DNA from: Eubacteriales bacterium
Lineage (GTDB): Bacteria > Bacillota > Clostridia > Oscillospirales > CAG-272
Direction of reading: 5' to 3'
Length of the DNA stretch: 64,000 nucleotides
Assembly (NCBI GenBank): GCA_045649925.1
Contig: JAZRQS010000004.1
Coordinates: 9,138 to 73,137, forward strand
A program made the translations under genes and the position numbers. Positions 17,531 to 24,979 of this stretch are shown piece after piece; positions within the stretch are counted from its first letter, which is position 1; the number at the start of each line of letters is the position of its first letter. The notes below the pieces were generated by a model. The model did no database searches and had not been told where the DNA came from. It saw nothing but the letters and a program-made list of their open reading frames with translations.

Positions 17531-18829
17531 ATGATACACCAGAAGGATATAGAATGCATGCCTCGCGAGGAGCTTAAAAAGCTCCAGAGCGAACGCCTTG
17601 TATGGCAGGTAAAGAGAATGTACGAAAGAGTAGAGCTCTTCCGTACGAGAATGGATGAAATAGGTCTTAAGCCTGAGGATATTCACGGCATAGAGGACCT
17701 CCACCGTCTCCCTTTCTCCTACAAACAGGATCTGCGCGATTATTATCCCTACGGACTCTTTGCAGAGAGCATGGATAAGATAGTGCGAGTTCACGCTTCG
17801 TCCGGAACTACAGGAAAGCAGATAGTAGTAGGTTATACACGAAAGGACCTTGAAAGCTGGGCAAACTGCTTTGCAAGAGCGCTCAAGGCTACAGGCGCTG
17901 ATGAAAACTCTTTCGTTCAGGTTTCCTACGGCTATGGTCTATTTACAGGTGGTCTTGGCGCGCATGAGGGCTCACAGCTCATTGGCGCTACAGTAATTCC
18001 TACTTCCGCAGGAAATACCCCCAGACAGATACAGACAATGATAGATTTCGGCGCTACCGTGCTTTGCTGTACTCCTTCATATGCGCTCTTCCTCGCTGAA
18101 ACCATTGAGGAAATGGGCGTAAAGGATCAGCTCAAACTCAAGGCGGGAATTTTCGGTGCTGAGCCTTGGACAGAGGAGATGCGCCACACCATCGAAGAAA
18201 AGCTTGGTATCAAGGCATATGATATTTACGGCCTTTCCGAGATAATGGGACCTGGAGTATCATACGAGTGCGAATGCCAGTGCGGAATGCACGTGTGCGA
18301 GGACTTGTTTATCCCTGAAATAATAGATCCCGACACCCTTGAGGTTCTCCCTGAGGGAAGCTCGGGCGAGCTTGTATTCACCACACTAACAAAGGAAGGC
18401 TTCCCACTCATCAGATACAGAACAAGAGATATCTGCTCGCTCAATTACGAGACCTGTAAGTGTGGCAGGACCTTCGTCAGAATGAACAAGCCATCTGGCA
18501 GAAGCGACGACATGCTTATTATCCGTGGCGTAAATGTGTTCCCCTCACAGATCGAGGAGGTTATCATAAAGTCGAGTGGCGTTACTCCTAACTATCAGAT
18601 TATCGTAGACAGAGTAAACAATACAGACACATTCGACCTCAATGTAGAAATGAACGAGGAGCTCTTCTCAGACGACGTTAAGTCCGTTATCGCAGTAGAG
18701 AAGAACATTACAGAGCAGCTTCGCTCCACTCTCGGTATAGGCGTCAAGGTGCACCTTGTAAACCCCAAATCTATTGCGAGAAGCGAAGGCAAGGCAAAGC
18801 GCGTAATAGATAACAGAAAGCTTAGATAA
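17531..18829 (+). CDS. paaK: phenylacetate-CoA ligase family protein (PaaK-type)
   Basis: 432 aa with the PaaK-like motifs SSGTTGK, YGLSE and IRYRTRD, and the C-terminal VFPSQIEEV. Confidence 0.85.
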   Translation: MIHQKDIECMPREELKKLQSERLVWQVKRMYERVELFRTRMDEIGLKPEDIHGIEDLHRLPFSYKQDLRDYYPYGLFAESMDKIVRVHASSGTTGKQIVVGYTRKDLESWANCFARALKATGADENSFVQVSYGYGLFTGGLGAHEGSQLIGATVIPTSAGNTPRQIQTMIDFGATVLCCTPSYALFLAETIEEMGVKDQLKLKAGIFGAEPWTEEMRHTIEEKLGIKAYDIYGLSEIMGPGVSYECECQCGMHVCEDLFIPEIIDPDTLEVLPEGSSGELVFTTLTKEGFPLIRYRTRDICSLNYETCKCGRTFVRMNKPSGRSDDMLIIRGVNVFPSQIEEVIIKSSGVTPNYQIIVDRVNNTDTFDLNVEMNEELFSDDVKSVIAVEKNITEQLRSTLGIGVKVHLVNPKSIARSEGKAKRVIDNRKLR

Positions 18830-18841
18830 GGAGAATTGAAT

Positions 18842-19273
18842 ATGGCTATAACACAATTATCCGTTTTTGTAGAGAATAAAGCCGGCAGACTCGCCACAAT
18901 AGTAGACCTTCTCGGAAAAAACAACATAAATATGAGAGCGCTTTCAATAGCAGATACCGCAGACTTCGGTATCCTTCGCATCATTGTTGACGATTCTCAG
19001 CGCGCCATCTCCTTGCTCTCCGATGCAGGGATTATGGTAAAGCGTACAAAGGTTATCGCAGTTGCTATCGACGATGTTCCCGGCGGGCTTTCAAAGATAC
19101 TTACCACACTTAGCAATAACGGAGTAGTGATAGAGTATATGTACGCCTTTGTAGGAAAGACTCACACAAAGGCTATCACAGTTATCAGAACTGATGATAT
19201 AAACAAGACGCTTGACGTGCTTGAAAAGAACGATATTCATGCAATAGGCGATGAGGAAATACAGGACATCTGA
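18842..19273 (+). CDS. ACT-domain protein (small-molecule-binding regulatory domain)
   Basis: I chose the ATG at 18842 (AAGGAGA SD 7 nt upstream) rather than the TTG at 18836. It has two ACT-like repeats (QLSVFVENKAGRLATIVDLL ... AVAIDDVPGGLSKILTTL). Confidence 0.8.
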   Translation: MAITQLSVFVENKAGRLATIVDLLGKNNINMRALSIADTADFGILRIIVDDSQRAISLLSDAGIMVKRTKVIAVAIDDVPGGLSKILTTLSNNGVVIEYMYAFVGKTHTKAITVIRTDDINKTLDVLEKNDIHAIGDEEIQDI

Positions 19274-19292
19274 TTTCCGTTCGCAACAAAAA

Positions 19293-19323
19293 CCGCTATG
19301 GTGATTTCACCATAGCGGTTTTT
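19293..19323 (+). terminator. rho-independent terminator ending the T-box operon
   Basis: 12-bp perfect stem CCGCTATGGTGA / TCACCATAGCGG followed by T5. Confidence 0.85.
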
Positions 19324-19357
19324 ATATGTGTAACTTAATAATATAACTATCTAAAGC

Positions 19358-19393
19358 AAAAACAGCTCTGCCGAAAGGCAAAGCTGTTTTTTT
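19358..19393. terminator. terminator hairpin after the ispH-S1 gene (A-run / T-run on both sides)
   Basis: CAGCTCTGCC-GAAA-GGCAAAGCTG (one C.A mismatch), flanked by A5 and T7. Confidence 0.7.
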
Positions 19394-19403
19394 GTAGCTT
19401 AAA

Positions 19404-21479
19404 TTAGTCGATAACCTTTACAATGTAGGGAGCCATCTCTGCCTCGAGCTGTGCCTTTTCCTCAGCCTCAGCCTTTGCAGCAGCGATTCTCTCTGCCTTT
19501 TCAGCCTCTCTGCGAGCCATCTCTTCGATCTTCTTTGTGTCCTCGATGAGTGCCTTCATGGAAAGGCTGAGCTTACGATGCTCGTCGTCGATCTCGGTGA
19601 TCTTAACATCAACCTCCTGACCGATTGTAAGAACTTCCTTGGGATCCTCTATTCTGTCGTGAGAAATCTTGGAGATGTGGATAAGACCGTCAACACCATC
19701 AGCAACCTCAGCAAATGCTCCGAAGGGCATAAGGTTTACTATCTTAGCCTTTGTAACGTCGCCTTCCTTGAAGTTCTTTGTGAACTGGTACCAGGAATCC
19801 ATCTCCTGTGTCTTGTATCCGAGAGAAATGCGCTTCTTTTCTACGTCAAGCTCCTTGACATATACATCGATCTGCTGACCGATTGTAAGAACCTGTGAAG
19901 GATGCTTGATACGCTTCCAGGAAAGCTCTGTGTTGTGAACCATGCCGTCGATACCGCCGATGTCCACAAATGCGCCGTAGGGTGCAAAATTCTTAACTGT
20001 ACCCATATAGTGCTTACCTTCCTCGATGCCTGCCCAAGCAGCAGCCTCAGCTGCCTTGCGCTGCTCGTTGAGGATAACCTTTATAGAAGCAACTGCATGC
20101 TTGCGGTGCTCGTCGATGTCGATAATTCTTACGCTCTGTGTTGTGCCTACGAGTGTAGAAATATCAGCATCTCTGGAAAGACCTGTCTGGGAAGCGGGAA
20201 TGAATATCTCATTACCCTTGATAGAGATCAAAAGACCTCCCTTGAGTGCCTTTGTGATTGTTCCTTCAAGTGTAGCGCCCTCCTTGTAGAGATTGCGGAT
20301 TTCTACCCAGCTGTTGTCAGCGTCTACTCTCTTCTTAGAGAGAGTAGCAGTACCCTTACCATCCTCTACTCTGATTACGAAAGCGGTGATTTCGCTTCCC
20401 ACTGCAAACATTTTACGCAGGTCGGCAGAGTTATCATCGGTGATCTGCTCACGGGGGATTATTCCCGTAACTTTTGTACCAAGGTCTACGTAGACTTCAT
20501 TGTCAGCAATAGCCGTAATGATACCGTGCACTGTTTCTCCTGTATGTAAAGTTTTGAGTGATTGTTCCAGCATTTGTTCAAAATTTTCGCCAGTCATGTT
20601 TTTATAAACCTCCATTATTATACCGTTCGGAGTTGAAGCTCCGGCGGTTATTGCAACTTTAGAATTTGTGAGGAGCAGGTCGGGAGGCAGCTCGTCTGCC
20701 GTCTCTATCCATACCGTGCTCGGACATAGCTTTTTACACAGCTCATACAGCTTTGCTGTATTTGAGCTCGTCTTTCCACCCACGACGACTATCGCATCGG
20801 AGCTTTCAGCAAGCTCAAGGGCTTCGGTCTGCCTGTCCTCAGTCACACTACATATTGTATCAAAAAATTTTGCATTTGTATATAGTTTTTCGATATTTTT
20901 TTGACTTTTTTTCCACAGTTTTAGATTTTGTGTGGTCTGAGCAGCAAAAACTAACTGTTTTTTGTCAAAAACGCCTTGTTTTTGAAGCTCTTCAAATTCT
21001 TCTTCAGACGAGAAGATGTATTTTTCTCCCTTTACGTAACTCAAAATGCCTTGAACCTCGGGATGATTTTCCGTACCGAGAAGAACGAAGCGCGTGCTTT
21101 CATCTGTATTTTCGTCAGCAATTTTGTGAATGCGCTTTACGAAGGGGCAGGTGAGGTCGCTGACACTAAAGCCCTCGTATTCCTCCTCCAGCTCTCGTAG
21201 CTTGCGCTCTACGTCGGCAGGAATTCCGTGTGTCCTGATTACGAGGTGTACTTTCTTGCCATTCTCGCTTTTTCTTGCAAGAGCCTCTGCCTCTTCAAAG
21301 GTGACACTGTGTACGCCACGCTTTTCAAGGGAAGTGACGTAGACGTCGTTGTGTATCAGCTTTCCTAAGGTGTATATTTCGGTATCACCGTCATTTGTGG
21401 AAATAAGGCTCTCGACAAAATCTGTCGCGCGCTTTACACCAAAGCAAAATCCGGCATGCTTTGCAATTGTGATGCTCAT
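19404..21479 (-). CDS. ispH: bifunctional 4-hydroxy-3-methylbut-2-enyl diphosphate reductase (IspH) / ribosomal protein S1 (four S1 repeats)
   Basis: 691 aa. The N-terminal roughly 285 aa is IspH/LytB (AKHAGFCFGVKRA, CPFV, TICSVT). The C-terminus carries four S1 OB-fold repeats (GxV.....GAFVD.G..G..H.S). Confidence 0.9.
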   Translation of the reverse strand: MSITIAKHAGFCFGVKRATDFVESLISTNDGDTEIYTLGKLIHNDVYVTSLEKRGVHSVTFEEAEALARKSENGKKVHLVIRTHGIPADVERKLRELEEEYEGFSVSDLTCPFVKRIHKIADENTDESTRFVLLGTENHPEVQGILSYVKGEKYIFSSEEEFEELQKQGVFDKKQLVFAAQTTQNLKLWKKSQKNIEKLYTNAKFFDTICSVTEDRQTEALELAESSDAIVVVGGKTSSNTAKLYELCKKLCPSTVWIETADELPPDLLLTNSKVAITAGASTPNGIIMEVYKNMTGENFEQMLEQSLKTLHTGETVHGIITAIADNEVYVDLGTKVTGIIPREQITDDNSADLRKMFAVGSEITAFVIRVEDGKGTATLSKKRVDADNSWVEIRNLYKEGATLEGTITKALKGGLLISIKGNEIFIPASQTGLSRDADISTLVGTTQSVRIIDIDEHRKHAVASIKVILNEQRKAAEAAAWAGIEEGKHYMGTVKNFAPYGAFVDIGGIDGMVHNTELSWKRIKHPSQVLTIGQQIDVYVKELDVEKKRISLGYKTQEMDSWYQFTKNFKEGDVTKAKIVNLMPFGAFAEVADGVDGLIHISKISHDRIEDPKEVLTIGQEVDVKITEIDDEHRKLSLSMKALIEDTKKIEEMARREAEKAERIAAAKAEAEEKAQLEAEMAPYIVKVID

Positions 21480-22849
21480 TGTTCCTCATTTGTGGCTATG
21501 CTTGGGGAAAAATCGCCCAGCCTGCATATCTCGGAAAAAATTCTTTCCGTCGCCGCCTTGTATTCCTTGCTTCCGCCTGATGAAAATCCTAATTCGCTGT
21601 ATTCGATGGGCTTTCCTATGATTACGTCAACTCGGCGAAAAAGAGAGTATTTCTGTTTTTTTGTTTTGATGCATACGGGAATTACCGTAGCTTTTGAGTG
21701 GTACGCTATCATACCTGCTCCATTTTTGACCTCGGTATCAGCAGGGTTTTTGCCCTTGCATCTCGTGCCCTGCGGGAATATAGCTATCGCCTCACCGTTT
21801 TTTACGAGCGAGATAGCCTTTTTCATGGCGCCGACATCTCCACCCTTGCGCTCGAGCTTACATCCACCGAGAGCGATAATAGCAGAGCGCAAAATCGGTA
21901 TTTTGAAAAGCTCTGCCTTTGCGAGATAGCGCAGACGCCTGCTTTTAGGCAGACATGCGGAGATGGAAAAAACGTCCCAAAGCGAAACGTGGTTTGCGCA
22001 TACTATACATCCGCCTTCAAGAGGGAAGTTGTCCTGTCCCTGTGGCTTGAGCTGGAGGATAAAACGGAAGAATTTCGCAAAGAGGGTATGGAAAACACGA
22101 TAAAATCTCGATTGCTCTATCTTGCTTTCGGATGTTTTTTCACCGCTGTCAGCGTTTTTTTTTACTTGGTCGTCAGGAGAGTTTTTTTTTAAGCCGTTTT
22201 CGATAATTCTGATAGCCTCTGCGACAGTTTCCTCTGCAGAAAGCTCGGAGTTGTCGAGGACTGTGGCGTCGGGAGCGGCGATGGCGGGAGCGACTGCTCT
22301 CGTGCTATCGTTTGTGTCTCTCTGTATCATATCTGCGAGCACCTCCTCGTAGGTGGTGGAAATGCCCTTTGCGATAAGCTCAGCATATCTGCGCTTTGCT
22401 CTCGCCTCATTTGATGCAGTGAGGAATATCTTGACGTCTGCATCGGGGAATATAACTGTGCCGATGTCACGTCCGTCCATTATAATATCGTTTGTGTTGG
22501 CGATAGAGCGCTGCATATCCAAAAGGAATGCTCGCACCTCAGGAATAGCAGAAACCTTTGACGCATACATAGAGATCTCCGGAGTACGTATTTTGTCGCC
22601 TACGTCCTCGCCACAGAGAAATACGTGCTGCTCGCCGTCAATAAAGCGCATATCCGCAACGACGGAGGGAAGTGCTGCAACAACGGCGGCACTATCGTCG
22701 GGGGAAATGCCGTTTTTCTGCATATAAAGTCCGACTGTGCGATAAAGCGCGCCTGTGTCGACATATACTATGTTCATTTTGTGAGCTACGGCGCGTGCAA
22801 GACTGCTTTTTCCTGCTCCGCTAGGTCCGTCAACTGCAATTTTTATCAT
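21476..22849 (-). CDS. cmk: fusion of cytidylate kinase (Cmk) and 1-acyl-sn-glycerol-3-phosphate acyltransferase (PlsC-like)
   Basis: A single 457-aa ORF. The N-terminus is Cmk (MIKIAVDGPSGAGKSS, DGRDIGT). The C-terminus is an LPLAT (HX4D as NHVSLWD, FPQGTR). Its stop overlaps the ispH start (ATGA). Confidence 0.85.
   Translation of the reverse strand: MIKIAVDGPSGAGKSSLARAVAHKMNIVYVDTGALYRTVGLYMQKNGISPDDSAAVVAALPSVVADMRFIDGEQHVFLCGEDVGDKIRTPEISMYASKVSAIPEVRAFLLDMQRSIANTNDIIMDGRDIGTVIFPDADVKIFLTASNEARAKRRYAELIAKGISTTYEEVLADMIQRDTNDSTRAVAPAIAAPDATVLDNSELSAEETVAEAIRIIENGLKKNSPDDQVKKNADSGEKTSESKIEQSRFYRVFHTLFAKFFRFILQLKPQGQDNFPLEGGCIVCANHVSLWDVFSISACLPKSRRLRYLAKAELFKIPILRSAIIALGGCKLERKGGDVGAMKKAISLVKNGEAIAIFPQGTRCKGKNPADTEVKNGAGMIAYHSKATVIPVCIKTKKQKYSLFRRVDVIIGKPIEYSELGFSSGGSKEYKAATERIFSEICRLGDFSPSIATNEEQ
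22155..22190 (-). repeat. two A9 homopolymer tracts (coding strand), 18 nt apart, in the Cmk-PlsC linker
   Basis: Plus strand has T9 at 22155-22163 and T9 at 22182-22190. The coding strand reads tta-aaa-aaa-aac and gta-aaa-aaa-aac (LKKN / VKKN). Confidence 0.9.
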
Positions 22850-22864
22850 ATCTGTGTCCTTTCG

Positions 22865-24100
22865 TTATTCTGCCGCGCTTACACCGGCAAGATATCCTGT
22901 AGAAAATGCTATCTGCAGATTGTATCCGCCTGTATAGGCATCGACGTCTATTATTTCACCTGCAAAGTACAAGTCGTCCTTTAGCTTGGACATCATTGTC
23001 TTGGGTGATATTTCCTTTGTTTCCACACCACCTGAAGTGATAATAGCCTCCTCAATAGGTCTGAGCGAGGAAAGCTTGATTTCAAGTCCCTTGATTACAG
23101 ACAATAGCTTTTTGCGCTCTGCCTTTGTTACAGAGTTTACCTTTGTATCAGGAGAAATTCCTGACAGCTCTATTACTACGTCTATCATCTTGGATGGCAA
23201 TAAATCGTTCAGCGCATTTGCGAAATCTCTGTTTGCATACTTGCCAAAATCAGAGAGAAGGCGCAAATCAAGCTGTTTTTCGTCTAAGGCAGGCTTGAGG
23301 TCGATTTTCAGGGTCAGCTCGTCGATGGGCGTGTCCTTTATGTGTGACGAAGCCGAAAGTATCATAGGACCGCTTACACCGAAGTGTGTGAACAGCATCT
23401 CGCCAAAATCGGTGTATATCGGCTTTGCCGAGTCTTTGTGCAAAATTGAAATTGCTACGTTTTTCAGCGACAGTCCCTGCATTCTCTTGCAGAGATTACC
23501 CTTTGCCTCGATAGGCACAAGGGAGGGGATAATTTTGGTGATAGAGTGTCCTGCCTGCTCTGCGAGCTTGTAGCCTGAGCCGTCAGAGCCTGTAAGAGGA
23601 TAAGACATTCCTCCTGTTGCGATTATTACAGCGTCAAAGTAGTACGCCTTGTTTGTGCGTACTCCTACCACCGCATTGTCCTCGATAATGAGAGAGGACA
23701 CCTTTTCGTTTATTATCGTCGCATCCTTTGAATATCTGAGGAGTGCATTTACTATGTCGTGGGATTTGTCTGATACGGGAAAAACTCTTCTTCCACGCTC
23801 CGTCTTTAATGGCACTCCAAGTCCTTCAAAAAATGACATAGTGGAGTAGCAGTCAAAGGAATTGAGCGCCGTATAGAGAAAACGGGGGTTTTTCGTTACG
23901 TTTGGGAGAAATTCAGAGACTGTACAATCGTTTGTAAGGTTGCACCTGCCCTTTCCCGTTATGGCTAGCTTTTTTGCCGCTCTGTTATTTCTTTCAAAAA
24001 TCGTGACGCGAGCGCCGCAGGAAATTGCAGTTCCCGCAGCCATAAGACCTGCCGCGCCTGCGCCTACTACAGCGATGCTTTTTATATTATCGTTTTGCAT
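22865..24100 (-). CDS. HI0933/BaiN-like FAD-dependent oxidoreductase (aminoacetone-oxidase family)
   Basis: It has the Rossmann motif IAVVGAGAAGLMAAG and a C-terminal FAGEIIDVDAYTGGYNLQ. I preferred the ATG at 24100 (MQNDNIKSIAVVGAG); the track start is 24139. Confidence 0.8.
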   Translation of the reverse strand: MQNDNIKSIAVVGAGAAGLMAAGTAISCGARVTIFERNNRAAKKLAITGKGRCNLTNDCTVSEFLPNVTKNPRFLYTALNSFDCYSTMSFFEGLGVPLKTERGRRVFPVSDKSHDIVNALLRYSKDATIINEKVSSLIIEDNAVVGVRTNKAYYFDAVIIATGGMSYPLTGSDGSGYKLAEQAGHSITKIIPSLVPIEAKGNLCKRMQGLSLKNVAISILHKDSAKPIYTDFGEMLFTHFGVSGPMILSASSHIKDTPIDELTLKIDLKPALDEKQLDLRLLSDFGKYANRDFANALNDLLPSKMIDVVIELSGISPDTKVNSVTKAERKKLLSVIKGLEIKLSSLRPIEEAIITSGGVETKEISPKTMMSKLKDDLYFAGEIIDVDAYTGGYNLQIAFSTGYLAGVSAAE

Positions 24101-24944
24101 ATACCTCGTACTCGTCCCATACTCTTTCAAGTCTGTCAAAGCGTTCCTTGACCTCGCTCTGACGTTGCTTGGTTATCTGAACTATTATGGCATTGATAAT
24201 GCTCAAGGGGGCGACAAGGGAGTCGACATACGACGCCATATCGCTTTGAGCAGTGAGCAGATGATTTGCATACTGCGCTATGGGTGCGCTCTTGCTGTCG
24301 GTCAGCGCAATTACCGCAGCCTTCTGTGCCTGTGCATATTTGACGGCGTTTACTGCCTTTGAGGAGTAACGGGGAAAGCTTATCGCTATCATTACGTCGT
24401 CCTCGCCGATGTCAAGTATCTGCTCAAAGACCTCGCTTGTGTTCGTAGGCTGAATGAGCTTTACGTTTTCAAAGATAAGGCTGAGATTAAAGTGCAAAAA
24501 TGAAGCAAGGAAGGAAGATGACCTTACACCGAAAATGTAGATATGCTTGGCGTTTATTATAGACTTTATGGCATTGTCGAAGGAGCTGCGGTCGATGTTG
24601 TCAAGGGTGAACTTGATTTTCTCAATATCGTCAGTCATTACACTCGACAAAAGGTCTCCGTCACCTATTCTCGTATTGGTGACCTCTATTCGCTGATTCG
24701 GGGTAAGTCGCGTGCGGACAAGCTCCTGTACGGCACGCTGAAATTCGGGATACCCCTCAAAGCCCAGCTCGTTTGCAAAGCGGACTACTGTGGACTCCGA
24801 CACGCCTGATGCGGCGCCGAGCTTTGCCGCAGTCATATATGCAGTTTTTTCATAGCTTTGAGTCACGATGCTCGCTATTCTTTTCTGCCCCTTTGAGAGT
24901 GTGGGCATTCTTTCTTCTATGAGTGCGGCGATATCCTTCGTCAT
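24087..24944 (-). CDS. MurR/RpiR-family transcriptional regulator (HTH + SIS domain)
   Basis: 285 aa. N-terminal HTH_6 (LSKGQKRIASIV ... SESTVVRFANELGFEGYPEF) and a C-terminal SIS domain. Confidence 0.85.
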   Translation of the reverse strand: MTKDIAALIEERMPTLSKGQKRIASIVTQSYEKTAYMTAAKLGAASGVSESTVVRFANELGFEGYPEFQRAVQELVRTRLTPNQRIEVTNTRIGDGDLLSSVMTDDIEKIKFTLDNIDRSSFDNAIKSIINAKHIYIFGVRSSSFLASFLHFNLSLIFENVKLIQPTNTSEVFEQILDIGEDDVMIAISFPRYSSKAVNAVKYAQAQKAAVIALTDSKSAPIAQYANHLLTAQSDMASYVDSLVAPLSIINAIIVQITKQRQSEVKERFDRLERVWDEYEVYAKR

Positions 24945-24979
24945 TTTGACTTTCCTCTCAAGTTAAGCAATGCAGGGGA

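Noticed and set aside
19274-19403. Two strong hairpins in a 130-nt convergent intergenic region, considered as a possible small RNA.
   Set aside because: Each hairpin has a U-tract oriented for one of the two converging operons. No promoter is visible between them, so two terminators is the simplest explanation.
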